The notes below the pieces were generated by a model. It searched no databases. It saw only the letters and a program-made list of their open reading frames with translations, and had not been told where the DNA came from. 64,000 nt of DNA from Octopus vulgaris (Eukaryota). The position numbers were made by a program, and so were the translations under genes. Shown in pieces: positions 1 through 12,578 of this stretch (position 1 is the first letter of the stretch; each line of letters starts with the position of its first letter). Location of the stretch: assembly GCA_951406725.2 (NCBI GenBank), contig OX597815.1:78740001-78804000 (forward strand). Direction: 5' to 3'.

Positions 1-558
1 TTCATATTTTTTAAAATTTGAATTCATAAATTTTACCTCTTTTCAAACAAATGATGATGGAGTACCAAGTAGAAAAAAAAAACCCAAATAAAATCCTAAT
101 TTATCTGACAACCCAATATTTGTTGAGTTGTTCATTAGTGTTTTAAACTATCTATGTTTAGATCAACAATTTACTAAATAAGAAAAAAAAAACGTTTTGA
201 GGTCACATAAAATTATTGTCAGGAACATAATCAATAACATACAAAACATGCCTGGAAAAATACCAATGTACTGAATATGATTTCTTCTATTGACATAAAA
301 CCATAATTCTTTACCTGAATGGATAGTAGTCATTAAAATTCCCCTGGAACATGACTTTTACCTATTTCATCACTCTTGGAAAGATGGAAAATAAAGTATA
401 TATTGGTAGGATTTGACCTCAGGTTGAGAGTTGCAACTAAATACTGAAATACATATAGTCCTCTAGCACACTATAGATTCCTACTACTCTATCATCTTTA
501 ATCATGAACTAATAATAATAATACACAGCAAACTTTCTATCAATGTGGACAAACTTAC

Positions 559-584
559 CATGAATGTTCAGCATTAAAACCAAC
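559..584 (-). CDS. CPT1: CPT1 coding exon 13, 26-nt microexon (VGFNAEHS-W) with the catalytic His; gene continues beyond the window
   Basis: TAG acceptor 587-585, GTAAG donor 558-554; GxNAEHSW motif; His is codon 472 of the spliced ORF. Confidence 0.9.
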
Positions 585-739
585 CTAAAACACAAAATAA
601 AAGATTTTAAAGAACTTCAAATTGATCACTCGACTTAGGAATGAGTAATTTGATTATTTGTAAATTATAAAAAATTTATGATATATTTTGTTAAGTAGAT
701 ACAATAAATTTATGATATTTAAGGATATTTTACTGATCT

Positions 740-984
740 AAGAACAAGGAATGCATTAATGGAACTCGGGTGACTTTGTTTAGTCCAAGTGATAGATATG
801 TCATCACCTGGTAAGTGGATACTTAGTTCAAGTTCCATTAGTAAATGTGTTCCTTTTTGTCCCAAATTGTTGTACACATTTACTTATGGAACTTGAACTA
901 GGTATCCGCTTACCAGGTGATGACATATCTATCACTTGGACTATACAAAGCCACCCGAGTTCCATTAATGCATCCCTTGTTCTT
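740..984. repeat. Near-perfect foldback/MITE-like inverted repeat (arms 740-850 and 874-984)
   Basis: Arms of about 111 bp are reverse complements with few mismatches; 23-nt spacer. Confidence 0.9.
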
Positions 985-1100
985 CAGTTGCTGCTTATGA
1001 TGTCCAATGTCATTTACTTTAAAAATATTGGCAACCAATTTATAAAATGCTATAGTTTATGAAAAGAGTTGGGAATAAAGAAAAATTGTGCTTTATTTAC

Positions 1101-1208
1101 CGTGCCATTTGAACAAACTACAAGTGTGAATGATTTGTCAAACCAACGATCATAACCTTTACCATGAAGCATGGAACGACTAAATTTGTTTAATTTCGTT
1201 GGATCAAG
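1101..1208 (-). CDS. CPT1: CPT1 coding exon 12 ([36 protein letters not shown])
   Basis: 108 nt, AG/GT; [13 protein letters not shown] signature; overlaps ORF 1050..1232. Confidence 0.95.
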
Positions 1209-2669
1209 CTGAAAAAAAAATGCAATATACAAATGTAGAGTAAATTTCTGTGTGCAATTAGGTCACAGAGAAAGAAACATTAAACATATCTATTTGCTTA
1301 TTCTCATTTGGCACAGCTTCATATTGATTAATTGCCTAGAATTCATTAATAAGATAATGAATCAAAACAGTAGATTGTGTATAAAGATTCGACCTCTCAA
1401 TCAGACAGTGATGAATTTATATTTTGCTGCTGGATGGCACCATGCCCAGATTACCAATTAAACTAAACAGCCACATGCTTTATAACACCAGTTGAAGTGG
1501 GTACTAGAGTTTTTCCACTGCCACAGAACAAATGGAAAAAGATTTATATATATATATTTCATCATCATCATTGTTTAATGTCCGTTTTCCGTGCTAGCAC
1601 AGGTTGGACAGTTCGACTGGGGTCTGGGAAGCCAGGAAGCTGCACCAGGCTCCAGTCTGATCTGGCAGTGTTTCTACAGCTGGATGCCCTTCCTAACGCC
1701 AACCACAATATACATATACACACAAAATTAATATAAACAGCAGTTTGCAATGTTTCACTAAAAAGGAGAATTATAATTGTTACTTAATGTGACAAGGGTG
1801 CTAGGAAATACCTATATTGCTAGAAATAAGAGCTAAACTGCTCTCATACTGTAGTTAACGGACATGAATGAAAACATATAGACTAACAGGGACCATAATT
1901 GTCTGAAAAGTGCTGATCGAAAATTCTCAATACTGACGTCAGTTTGGGCAATTTCCATTGTCTCATATCATCATCGTCTTTTAATGCCTGTCTTCCATGT
2001 TAGCAGGAGTTGAACAATTTGACAGGATCTGATGGCTCCAAGAACTGTACATGCTCCAGTATCTGTTTTGGCATGGTTTCTACAGTCAGATGCTATCCTA
2101 ATGCCACCCAATTTACAGAATGTACTGGGTGGATTTTTCATAGCACCAGCAGTAGTGAGGTAATTATATTGCTCTCAAGAATAGAATTCCCTTCAAATGA
2201 GTGGAGTTATAGTTGAAAGGAAAACAGTATATCACTACAGAGGGGAGGGAAGTGAAGTGTTGATCACTTAAAGCGGAGGAAGTTGTGCCTATGGATAACA
2301 TCAGCAGTGTGGAGAGGGGAGGCTGGTATGGATGGGTGACTGCTGGCCTTCCACAAACAACCTTGCCCAGACTTGTGCCTCGGAGGGTAACTTTCTAGAT
2401 GCAATCCCATGGTCATTCATGACCGAAGGGGATCTCTAAACTGGGTTCTTCCAATTTCCATCAACCAAATCTACCCACAAGATTTTAGTCAACTCAGGGC
2501 TATAGTAAAAGACACTTGTCCAAGGTGTCACAGTTGGATTGAACCTGAGATCACATGATTAAGAAGCAAGCTTCTTAACCACAGCTATGAAGGTATCCAA
2601 TGCTACTTATAAACTGTGTAAATGTTACAAATATTGTTTAGTAAAGATAAAAAAATGACTGCAACTTAC

Positions 2670-2717
2670 ATCACTATAGCTCTGAGGTTCATCGTCCAGT
2701 GTGACAAAAAAGGCAGC
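2670..2717 (-). CDS. CPT1: CPT1 coding exon 11 (AAFFVTLDDEPQSYSD)
   Basis: 48 nt, TAG acceptor / GTAAG donor; AAFFVTLD is the expected continuation after ...LDAIEK. Confidence 0.92.
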
Positions 2718-4835
2718 CTATTACATAAAGACAAAACACAATGAAAAATGATGAGAAAAATACAAACCAAACAATATTCAAATGTATGTGATGGATAAAG
2801 TGAGGGTAGTAGACTGGCAGAATCATTAGAGTGTTAGATAAAACATTGGTGATATTTGTTTTGGCTTTATACATTCTGAGTTCAAATCCCACAGAGGTCA
2901 AATTTGCTTGTTACCTTTCTGGGGTTGACAAAATAAAGTACTTGTTGAATAAAGGGGGTCAATTTAATCAATTGCTGCTCTGTGCTAACATGTTAAGGGC
3001 TGGCATGGCACAGTTGAACTTAAATCTCTGCCAAACTGTGGAGTTCTGACAAAGGTGAAGTGACATTGGTTAATTTAAACTGCTCTTACATCATATCTAT
3101 CTGTAGCACAATCATCACACACATATCCTATGAACCACACACACACACACACACCCTATGAACCACACACACACATACACACCCTATCAATCACACACAC
3201 ACACACACATATATTCTTTAAAACTAGCATTTTTAATGGTGGAACTTGAAGCATATAAAGCTATATATAATAGCATGTAAATATTAGGTTAAAAAACCCC
3301 TTGGATGGAAAAGTTTTATCTATTTTGAGGTTGACCATTAAAAACAACATATTTTATGCATTTTAAAAGTTTCTCATAGCGTAAACAACATATTTTTTAT
3401 TCTTGTAGGAATAAGAAAGGCTGGTTTCTTTCCACAGGTTTTTAACCACTCAAAGTTTTTCTTAGCCTAGTTTTGAACATAACAGTGTGCATTCTTTGCT
3501 TTGGTACCTAACACAACTCATCATTTAACATCCTCCTTCCTTGCATGCATGGGTTGGATGGTTTGACATGAGCTGGCCAGGCAGAAGCCTGCACCAGACT
3601 TGTGTGCCTGTTTTGACAGGGTTTTTATGGCTGGATGTCCCTCGTAACACCAACCACTCTGCAGAGTGGACCAAGTGCCTTTTACATGGCACAAGCACAG
3701 GTGAGGTCAATTTGGAATTGTATTTACAGCTGGATGCCCTTCCAAACACCAACCACTTCACAGTGTGAACTGGATGCTTTTTAAGTGACACCAGTACTGG
3801 CAGGGTCACCAGTAACTTGCAAGACAAGGGTCCTTTGAGAGGGGAAGGGGCATTGGAGGAAGGGATCTTGTGTCAAATGATGAAAGGTTATAGTGAGATA
3901 GAGAGACAGAAACAGGTGTCTTGCTGTAGGGGTGTATATGGTTAAACTAGTTCTCAATATTTGTCCAAGAAGTACTTATAACATTACATTATTTCAGACT
4001 TATCTTATACAATACTTACATAATTCTCAAATGTTAAATTACCAAAATTAACCTACCACCATCACCAACATCAATGTTTTAAAGTCTACTTTTTCATGCT
4101 TGCATGGAGTAGATAGAATTTGTTGGGGTAAATTTTCTACAGCAGGATGCTCTTCCTGTTTCTGAGCAAGGTAATATTTCCACATGGCTGAATATGTTTT
4201 CATGGCAGATTGGAAATGAAGACCATTGCGTGTATGATAGTGATCAGTGATACTCATTTACACTTAACACTTGATGCCAAGGCAAAGAGACACAAACACA
4301 CACCTTCATGCACACATTTGGACATATGCATACATACATGACAAGCTTCTCTCAGTTTTTGTCTATCAAATTTGCTCACAATGCTTTGGTTGGCCTGAGG
4401 TTATAGTATAAGACACTTGCCCAAGATGCTATGCAGTGGAATTGAATCCAAAATCATGTGGTTGGGAAGCAAAATTTTTAATCGCATAGCCTCACCTGAT
4501 CTAGTTGTGTAGAAGGCACCTGAGGGAGAGGAAAACCGAAAAAAAAAAAAGAACTGGTGTGGTGGCCATAAAGAAAAATAACAGACTTCTTGGACAAGAA
4601 AATGAGTGGTGATATGTTCCATAACAGACCCATCTAACCCATACTAGCAAGGCAAAATGCATGTTAAAACAACAATTTCTTGCACATACTGTCCCAAAAG
4701 AAACTCAAAATATTCTATGGTATTAGTTATAACTAGTAACATAAATATATGCATGTGTCAATGTATGAGAGGAAAAAGACAGTGACAAACAACACAAAAA
4801 TCTGAAAAGTAATTAAATTATTTCCTATAACTAAC

Positions 4836-4992
4836 CTTTTCAATAGCATCTAATGAAGTTTTGTTTTTGCCTTTGCTGAAGAAATTTTGACGAGCCTTTG
4901 CCCAACTGACTCTATCACAAGCTGTGAGTGCTGCTAAATGCATCTCACCAGGACATGGTTCAGTTCTGTCAGAAACTATTTTCTGCAGCGAT
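4836..4992 (-). CDS. CPT1: CPT1 coding exon 10 ([52 protein letters not shown])
   Basis: 157 nt, AG/GT; LAALTAxDRVxW motif. Confidence 0.94.
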
Positions 4993-5594
4993 CTAGAATA
5001 AAAATATTACCTTCTAAATACTCAGATTCTGTTACATTATATGTCAAAGTTTATTAAAAACAAAAATATAAATAAGGACAAATGTTTATTTTTTTTTTTT
5101 ACAAACACTGAAACATTCACGTGTGTGTGTGTACACACACACACGTAAATGTTTCAGTGTTTCAGTGTACACACACACACACACACACATATACATATAT
5201 GAACAATTCAGAACATGATGTGTTTTATGGTTTTTGAGAATTCAGTAGTTTGAACTTTTCCATTTTTTTCATCTAGCATTTAAAAAATGTTATGATAGAG
5301 AGTGCCATTGGAGATGTACAAAGAGGATGAGACAATTACAGCAAGGAAAACACATAGCCATTTAAAAACACACAAAGGCTGTTGACTTTACTTAAACATT
5401 TATTATTTGTTATTGAAGTTTTTGTCACACCAACTGTGACTGGATCACTAACACGATTCCACTGAATTCAGTGAAGTTAATGGTTTTTGTGTTTTTGAAT
5501 GGTTAATATGTGTCTTCTATGTTGTAACTATTTTAGTTTCAACATACAGTCCTAGATCAAATCATTTGCAAGGTAAGTACATCTTTCAACTATA

Positions 5595-5912
5595 TGAGAT
5601 GCTTTTCAAAAAGTATCTGAGACTATTTTTCCCTGCACACCATATGACTTCTGGTTCTTCCTCAAATTGAAAACCATGCTGAAAGGTAAGTGATTTGAGT
5701 CATGAGAGGAAATTATGAGAAAAGCAATGGCAGAACTCCATAGCATTCCAGAGGAGGTGTTCCAAACGTGTTACCAGCAGTGGTAGAACTACTAGGAGAA
5801 GTGTATGAACTCCTAGGGGGAGTACTTTAAAGGTGATTAAATATTTGTGAAATGTACAAAATTGTTTTGTTTTTTTATACCCAAACGTCAGATACTTTTT
5901 GAATGGACCTCG
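5595..5912 (+). mobile_element. Internally deleted mariner element
   Basis: Imperfect TIRs (..TTCAAAAAGTATCTGA / TCAGATACTTTTTGAA..) enclose a decayed transposase C-terminus (YDFWFFLKLK...GEYFKGD*) with stops. Confidence 0.75.
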
Positions 5913-5983
5913 TTTGAAGAAAATTTTCAGTATAAGTGTACAGACAAGGAAATCTCAGAAAGAAGCTAAAAAGAACCACTCAC

Positions 5984-6098
5984 ACTTCTATCTCTTTGGG
6001 TGTTAGTAGTCTTCCTCCATGACGAATATACACTTTATAGAATCTACCTTTGTGATAGACAGCAATGTGATTGCTGTCTTTGTAATGAACAAGGGTAT
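5984..6098 (-). CDS. CPT1: CPT1 coding exon 9 (DTLVHYKDSNHIAVYHKGRFYKVYIRHGGRLLTPKEIEV)
   Basis: 115 nt, AG/GTGAG, phase-consistent; overlaps ORF 5980..6198. Confidence 0.94.
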
Positions 6099-8092
6099 CT
6101 GAAAGAGGAAAATGGTATAATGAGTGCATTAATAATTGTAACTTAAAAGTTTCATAGTTATAGAAAAGATGCAGCTGGTTGGCTGATGGGAATACCAATC
6201 TAGTAGTGATGGTTGTTTTGTTTAGTTCAAGTTCAGATATGTCAGAGCATACTTATGATCAGAGGGATTCCATATGTGATAAGCTAATCTTTTTGTATAT
6301 CTTGGACTACATAGTCTAATGCGTACTTCTTTTTTTTCAAATGGTAGGGTATTATTTGATGGAATTTTGGTGCCATTTCTAGCAGACTGATCAAGTGTGT
6401 AAAGGCTCCCATGTTTCTTCATATTTACTCCATTGTTAGCATAAATTCCTTAACAACAGGATTTTTCATTCACATTACACATCTATACCAGTACAGTGAT
6501 GTCTCTGTTGCATATCTTGGCTTATTAGTATTCAGCCTTTTACACTGATAAGATTATTACACATCTAACATATCATATCTGGCTCATTTCTTTCCAACCT
6601 CTGAATATCTCTTTCAATGTCTGTTTCTGATAAATATGTATCATCACACTTCTTAAGACATGCTTTATATTCTACTTTTGTACAAAGAGAGAAACTGTTT
6701 CCTACAAAAAAAAGCAACTTCTTGAACTTCTACTTTCCAGCCAATGAAGGAATCTCTACATAAGCTCAAATACTAGAAACAGCAGCCAAGTATCTTTCTC
6801 CAGCACTAATTAGACAGTGTTCCCTCTAAGCTGTGCACTTATACAAGCTCACACTCTATAACTAGAAAGGAAAAAAATATGTGCACAAGATGAAATCAGG
6901 CTTCATAAATAGAAGAAATTTGAGTGATGGTCATTCACAAAATTTGCACATAGTGCAAAATTATAAGCACATACCCACAACAAAAAATTAGAAGGAATAT
7001 TGCACCTAGGTAACAGAAAATACAAGCTACATATAGTCAGTCCATGTACTTCTACTTCCGACTACTCCTATGTGTATTTGTGAACCTATTGTTTGCACTG
7101 AGTACACAATATCAAGTTCCTGTCTACTTCATTTTTACATATCAAACAAGAACATTTTTCAGTTGGTAAATATAATTCATACTAGCTGATACTAACACCT
7201 TGATCTTTACTACGTTGACCATCAGGACACTAAATTGTAGACCATTCTTCCCAACAGTTCTTAAAGTCAACTAGTCCTGAACTAGTTTCTTACACAAGAA
7301 ATACAATGAACAGAAGTGATGGTACATCCGATTTCCCACCAAAGTCAATGTTAACTTTAATCTTGCTAATAACACTTCAAGCATTGTTTTCAGTTTTCAT
7401 AAGCCATTCACCTACAACTAGTTAGATAAAACTCCATCAAAGGTTTTCTATGAATCAACAAATGTAAAGTACATTGGTTTGTGCTTAGTTAACTCATCAT
7501 CACCATCATTTTAATGTTCATTTTTCCATACCTACATGAATCAGATGAAATTTATTGAGGCAGATTTTCTGCAGCCAGATGTCTTTCCTGCACCAACCCT
7601 CACCTTTTTCCAAGCAAGGTAATATTTCCCCATGGCCGAACATGTTCTCACAGAATAAAGGAATGAATGACACTGCTTGTCTGACGATAACAATCATTTT
7701 ACAACTATTGCAAGATGTCAAGGCAAGGAGACACAAACATACATACGCATACAACAGGCTCCTTTCAGTTTCTGTCAATCAATTCTATCCACAAGGTATT
7801 GTGAGTGGATACAGTAGAAGATATTTGCCCAAGGTGCTACACAATGTGACTGAACCCAGAACCATATGGCTAGGAAGGAAACTTCTTACCACACAGCTAC
7901 ACCTGCACTTCCACACAAGCACATCTGCGCCAAAATATACTTCAATACTTGCTGATAATTAGCTCTATATCTGTCAACTCAGAGTTATTGTCTAATAACC
8001 TTAAATGTAAAATATTGAAGACAATAATGGTGATGATGCAAAAAATCATTGGGGTAAGATGTAGATTATTACAAATGTTTCTTAGCTCTTAC

Positions 8093-8177
8093 CAGTTTCA
8101 ATGCCAGGAATTCTTGTTGTATTAAATTGTCTCTCATACTGAGACGAACATAGAGGGATGATTTTATTCACAAAAAT
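8093..8177 (-). CDS. CPT1: CPT1 coding exon 8 ([28 protein letters not shown])
   Basis: 85 nt, AG/GT; PLCSxQxERxFNTxRIPG motif. Confidence 0.95.
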
Positions 8178-8380
8178 CTACAAAAAGAAAATACATAGTA
8201 TGATCATAGGTCCATATATTTGACAACATTTGCATAAAACAATTATCCTTTCAAGAAATATTCAAACTTTTGTTTGTGTATAACACTAAACTTCCATTTT
8301 AGACAAATTTTACTGTGCACTATTTTTTATAGCTCTGTTAGAAATTATATTAATGAAGTGAGTAAATTTCCTAATTTTAA

Positions 8381-8602
8381 CCCTTTAGCATTCAAATATT
8401 TCAGTCAAATGTAATACTTATTCATTCAGATTGTTTTAAATTAATCAATGCATTATCTAGTAACTTTCTTTAGATTTTTTATGATGTGATTGTTTATTTT
8501 CAGAATGACATAGCAGAGTAGGTGTGAGAAACAAGATCTAGCTGGCTTGAGCATAAAAGGAGAATATTTGGGCCAGATATGGCTGATTTAAATGCTAAAG
8601 GG
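8381..8602. mobile_element. piggyBac-like MITE (related copies about 58177-58398 and 61949-62164)
   Basis: TIR CCCTTTAGCATT/AATGCTAAAGGG flanked by TTAA on both sides; three related copies in the window. Confidence 0.75.
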
Positions 8603-9313
8603 TTAAACTTGTGAAATAAATGGCTTGCAACAGAACTAATGACTTTGAACTTGGAACTTGTTAGAGTCATCATCAAGAAATCATATTTGACTTGAATTTT
8701 TGTTTTTTAGAGTAAACATGACCTGCTTAGATTAATGCAAAATGTCTTACATAAAAATTTGTCATGTATGAAATTTTTACACATGGTGGTTAGTCAAAAC
8801 AGGCAAAGCATTTATAAGGAAAGTGGTACTATTAGCACTGGCCAAAACATACCAGCAATGGTATAATAAGGTTAGGTAGTATTACGTAGGAAACATACAT
8901 TATCTCCTTTCTTCCTCCAGGTAACTAAATATGGAATACTATTCAATTTAGCTTACCTATCACTTTCTCTTTCACTCACACACACACACGAAAAATCATT
9001 TATATCATTTGTTCTCTATGGACGATTCATTGTTGTTGTTCAGAACTTCTGTATTAGAACATTCCAAGAACAATTGGATGCTTGATCACATTCACTCTCT
9101 AAGTCATAACCAAAATTACTATTAAGTATAGGGGTAACCAAACCACTACTGTATGATGATAAATTTCATGAAGCTCTAAACTCAACAGTAGCAGTTGTAC
9201 ATCTAACTGTACATACACATACTCATAAATATGAGTGAATGGACAAATGAAAGAAAGTGGCACTCAACACATTTGGTAGGGGTTACATAATATCATTATG
9301 AAACTATTACATA

Positions 9314-9413
<100 letters not shown>

Positions 9414-9520
9414 TCGGGGTGAGTACTTGATAATTATAAGCACCTGTGTATACCGTTTGGTGGTGTAGGTGGTGGAGTAAATTGATCAAAATAAAAATAA
9501 AAACATGAGGCAAAGGATTC

Positions 9521-9600
9521 CGCGGTACATATGTTTCGGGCCTTTATTAGACAGATTTATAACAAAGCATAATGTGTGTCTGTGGCCTTCTTCAGCCGCG
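9521..9600 (-). ncRNA. Type I hammerhead ribozyme (CPT1-sense copy)
   Basis: CGCGG-CUGAAGA-A-GGCC...GGCC-C-GAAA-C-AUAU-G-UA-CCGCG; stem I is 5 GC pairs; predicted GUA cleavage between 9526 and 9525. Confidence 0.8.
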
Positions 9601-10704
9601 CACAACAGCTTCCACAAGGACATGTGTTACATCAAAAATTCTTGGTTGGGGATGCAAATCCTCTCGTTCACGTACGACATAATGCGGCAGCAGCATAGAA
9701 TTGAAGCGTCCATCTCTTTCTTCTCTCAATGTAGAATGAGGAAACTTGGATGTTGAGGTAATGTAAATAAATAAATACGTATATAGAGGTGAAGATGGAG
9801 GGGCGAGAGTTCGGGACGAGGGATAAAAAATATGTATAAAAAATGTACGTATAGAATAATATAAAAATGTAGAGGATAAAGATATAAAGAGTTGTAAGGA
9901 GATGTAAAGGGGGTATAAAGAAATATAAAGAAATATAAATAAATGTAAAGGCATAAGGTTGTAAAGTAAAAATAGAGATGGAAATAATAGTAAAAGAAGT
10001 AAAAGAACCTGATAAAAACATGATAAAAGTGTAAAAGAATGTAAAGATAAGGGATGTATAGAGGTCGCGGACCAAGCATGGTGGTCAGGAGATTGATAAA
10101 ACTTAGTTGTAGAACTGTCAGTAAATTAACAGTTTCGTCGTAAATCAGAGCTGATGAGAATTTAATCTGGTTCCTTGAATTAAATGGACTTCCAGTACAT
10201 ACATATCATCATGGATACATACACCCACATACACGCGTACATATACGTCTCCAAGCCTATAAGCATACATACGCACTCGCGTGTAGACACGTACATAAAC
10301 ACACACGCACCCACACGCACGCGCGCACACACACATATATACATACAACAGAATATCCGCATATATAGACGGACATTACGCGCGTACACGCTCACATGTA
10401 TATACGCGCGCCCCTCACTACATACACACACGTATATGCCCACGCCTCTAGGTCTAGGTATAAGATATTAAAGGATGTGTATAAGAACGTATGTAAAGAA
10501 TCCCTCGTCCCGAACTCTCTATATACGTATTTATTTATTTACATTACCTCAACATCCAAGTTTCCTCATTCTACATTGAGAGAAGAAAGAGATGGACGCT
10601 TCAATTCTATGCTGCTGCCGCATTATGTCGTACGTGAACGAGAGGATTTGCATCCCCAACCAAGAATTTTTGATGTAACACATGTCCTTGTGGAAGCTGT
10701 TGTG

Positions 10705-10784
10705 CGCGGCTGAAGAAGGCCACAGACACACATTATGCTTTGTTATAAATCTGTCTAATAAAGGCCCGAAACATATGTACCGCG
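10705..10784 (+). ncRNA. Type I hammerhead ribozyme (inverted duplicate)
   Basis: Same motif on +: CTGAAGA 10710-10716, GAAA 10768-10771, GTA 10777-10779. Confidence 0.8.
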
Positions 10785-10820
10785 GAATCCTTTGCCTCAT
10801 GTTTTTATTTTTATTTTGAT

Positions 10821-10868
<48 letters not shown>

Positions 10869-11338
10869 GAGAGAGAGAGAGCCTCATTTTTTTCTTCACT
10901 TCTATTCTGTACTCTTTCATCAGTCTATGACATATGGTCCCACTCTAATGAATATCACATTCTTTTTACTTTAAGTTTCTAGCATTAATATACCATTTTA
11001 AATAAAGATAGAGTTATTAGTGCCCAGATATGAAATATTTCAAATACAAATCCATTATTTAGCATCTATAAAAACATCTATGGATCACAAGATCTAAACT
11101 GACAAATCAAAAAGCCAGCCTTGTGATATTTTGTGTGATACTCAAACTCCATGAGAACTATGTTAAGGATACACATGTTTGTGGAGCACTCAGCCATTTG
11201 CATGTTAATTTTATAAGCAGGTTGTTCCACTGGTTGAATCAACTCATCATCATAACCGACAGAGTTCCAGGCCATTTCTCTGGAATTTAACAAGTACACA
11301 TAAGGTCAAGATAAAAAGCAAGAATATTTACAACAACA

Positions 11339-11570
11339 GGCATATGGCGTAGTGGTTAAGAGCACGGGCTACTAACCCCAAGATTCCGAGTTTGATTCCA
11401 GGCAGTGGCCTGAATAATAACAACAACAACAATATCGAAAAATACCTTAGGAATGAGAGCCCAGGTTTGAAATTTTCCCAAGATACCTGATGAAGGCTAG
11501 AGGATACATCAGCTGAAATGTGTTAACAACAAACAAGATGAGGGCAAATATCCGTCAAATGTAAATAATG
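11339..11570 (+). mobile_element. tRNA-headed SINE with a hammerhead-like 3' part
   Basis: A box TGGCGTAGTGG (11345), anticodon-like arm GGG-CTACTAA-CCC, B-box-like GAGTTTGATTCC; downstream GATAC-CTGATGA-A-GGCT...AGCT-GAAA-T-GTGTT. Confidence 0.65.
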
Positions 11571-11580
11571 AACAACTTAC

Positions 11581-11688
11581 TGGTTTTAACTCCTGCCTTT
11601 CCAATGTTCTACGGTAAAGCAACATAGCATAGATGAGGTTAGCAGCACGAGCCACTTGAATAGGAGTGTGCTGTATTAAGACAGCATC
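11581..11688 (-). CDS. CPT1: CPT1 coding exon 7 (DAVLIQHTPIQVARAANLIYAMLLYRRTLERQELKP)
   Basis: 108 nt, AG/GT; QxARAxN motif. Confidence 0.93.
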
Positions 11689-12517
11689 CTACAATGAAAA
11701 AATTTCATTTGATTAACTTTAATATTAAAAGGTCGCAAAAATTACATCTAATAGCTAATAGTAAATTTTGTACCTGTTTTTTTTCTTTCTTTTTATATTT
11801 ATGCATTCATAAGGCAACAAGTTGGCAGAATCATTATTGCACTGAACAAAATGCTTAGCAGCATTTCTGAGTTCAAATTCCACTAAGGCTAACTTTGCCT
11901 TTCATTTTTTCAAGGGTTAATAAAATAAGTATGAATCATGTACTGGGATTGATATAACTGACTTGCCTCCTCTCCTCAAAACTGTTGGTTTTGTGCCAAA
12001 ATAAGTTAGAATATTACATACTTCATAAACAATATCTTCATTAGATATATGAGCTGAATGAAGTGTCCAATGAGCCAATAAACAGTTTACTGCAAAAAAT
12101 TTGTATTGAACTTGAAGTGTATTTTTACCACAATGCTCTATTTAACTGAGCCAATTGGTTTTTAAAGGGTTTAGTCTGTTTACCAATAGAAGTAACAAAA
12201 GGAGGATTAGCTTATTATTGTAACCTGTAGAACTGTGTCTTGTTAGGTTGCAGGAATAAGGTCAGACCGTTACTTAAAAATGACAGTGATACACTGGCAT
12301 TCTTTGCTTAATGCTTTGAAAACTGGAATAAATTCCGGTATACCACACCACTTTATGATACAAAATAAAGGACAATTAAGCCAATGAGAGACACCCTAAA
12401 CAGAAACAACAGCTAAATCTCTCCCAAATCACATCCTACTATATTATAAGTAGAAAGGTGACATTGGGTAATGTAGTTGTTGATAAGATCAGAATATATG
12501 GTGAGATGAATTCATAG

Positions 12518-12578
12518 AACATTAGTCATGTAATTCAACATTAGTCATGTAATTCAACATTAGTCAATGTAATTCAAC
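12518..12578. repeat. 19-bp tandem repeat x3 (AACATTAGTCATGTAATTC)
   Basis: Direct reading. Confidence 0.85.

Noticed and set aside
5330-5530. Imperfect inverted repeat
   Set aside because: Probably an old MITE; too diverged to classify.
6815-7002. hAT-like MITE with CAGTGTTCCCTCTAA ends
   Set aside because: Right TIR is degenerate and no 8-bp target duplication is visible.
10150-10190. CTGATGA followed by an ATTTAAT/ATTAAAT hairpin on the + strand
   Set aside because: No GAAA or stem III follows; the minus-strand reading explains the structure better.
11339-11412. Possible tRNA gene
   Set aside because: B box is degenerate, the acceptor stem pairs poorly, and it continues into a SINE body; treated as a SINE head.
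12518-12578. Short direct repeats as a CRISPR-like array
   Set aside because: No spacers; simple tandem duplication in eukaryotic intron DNA.
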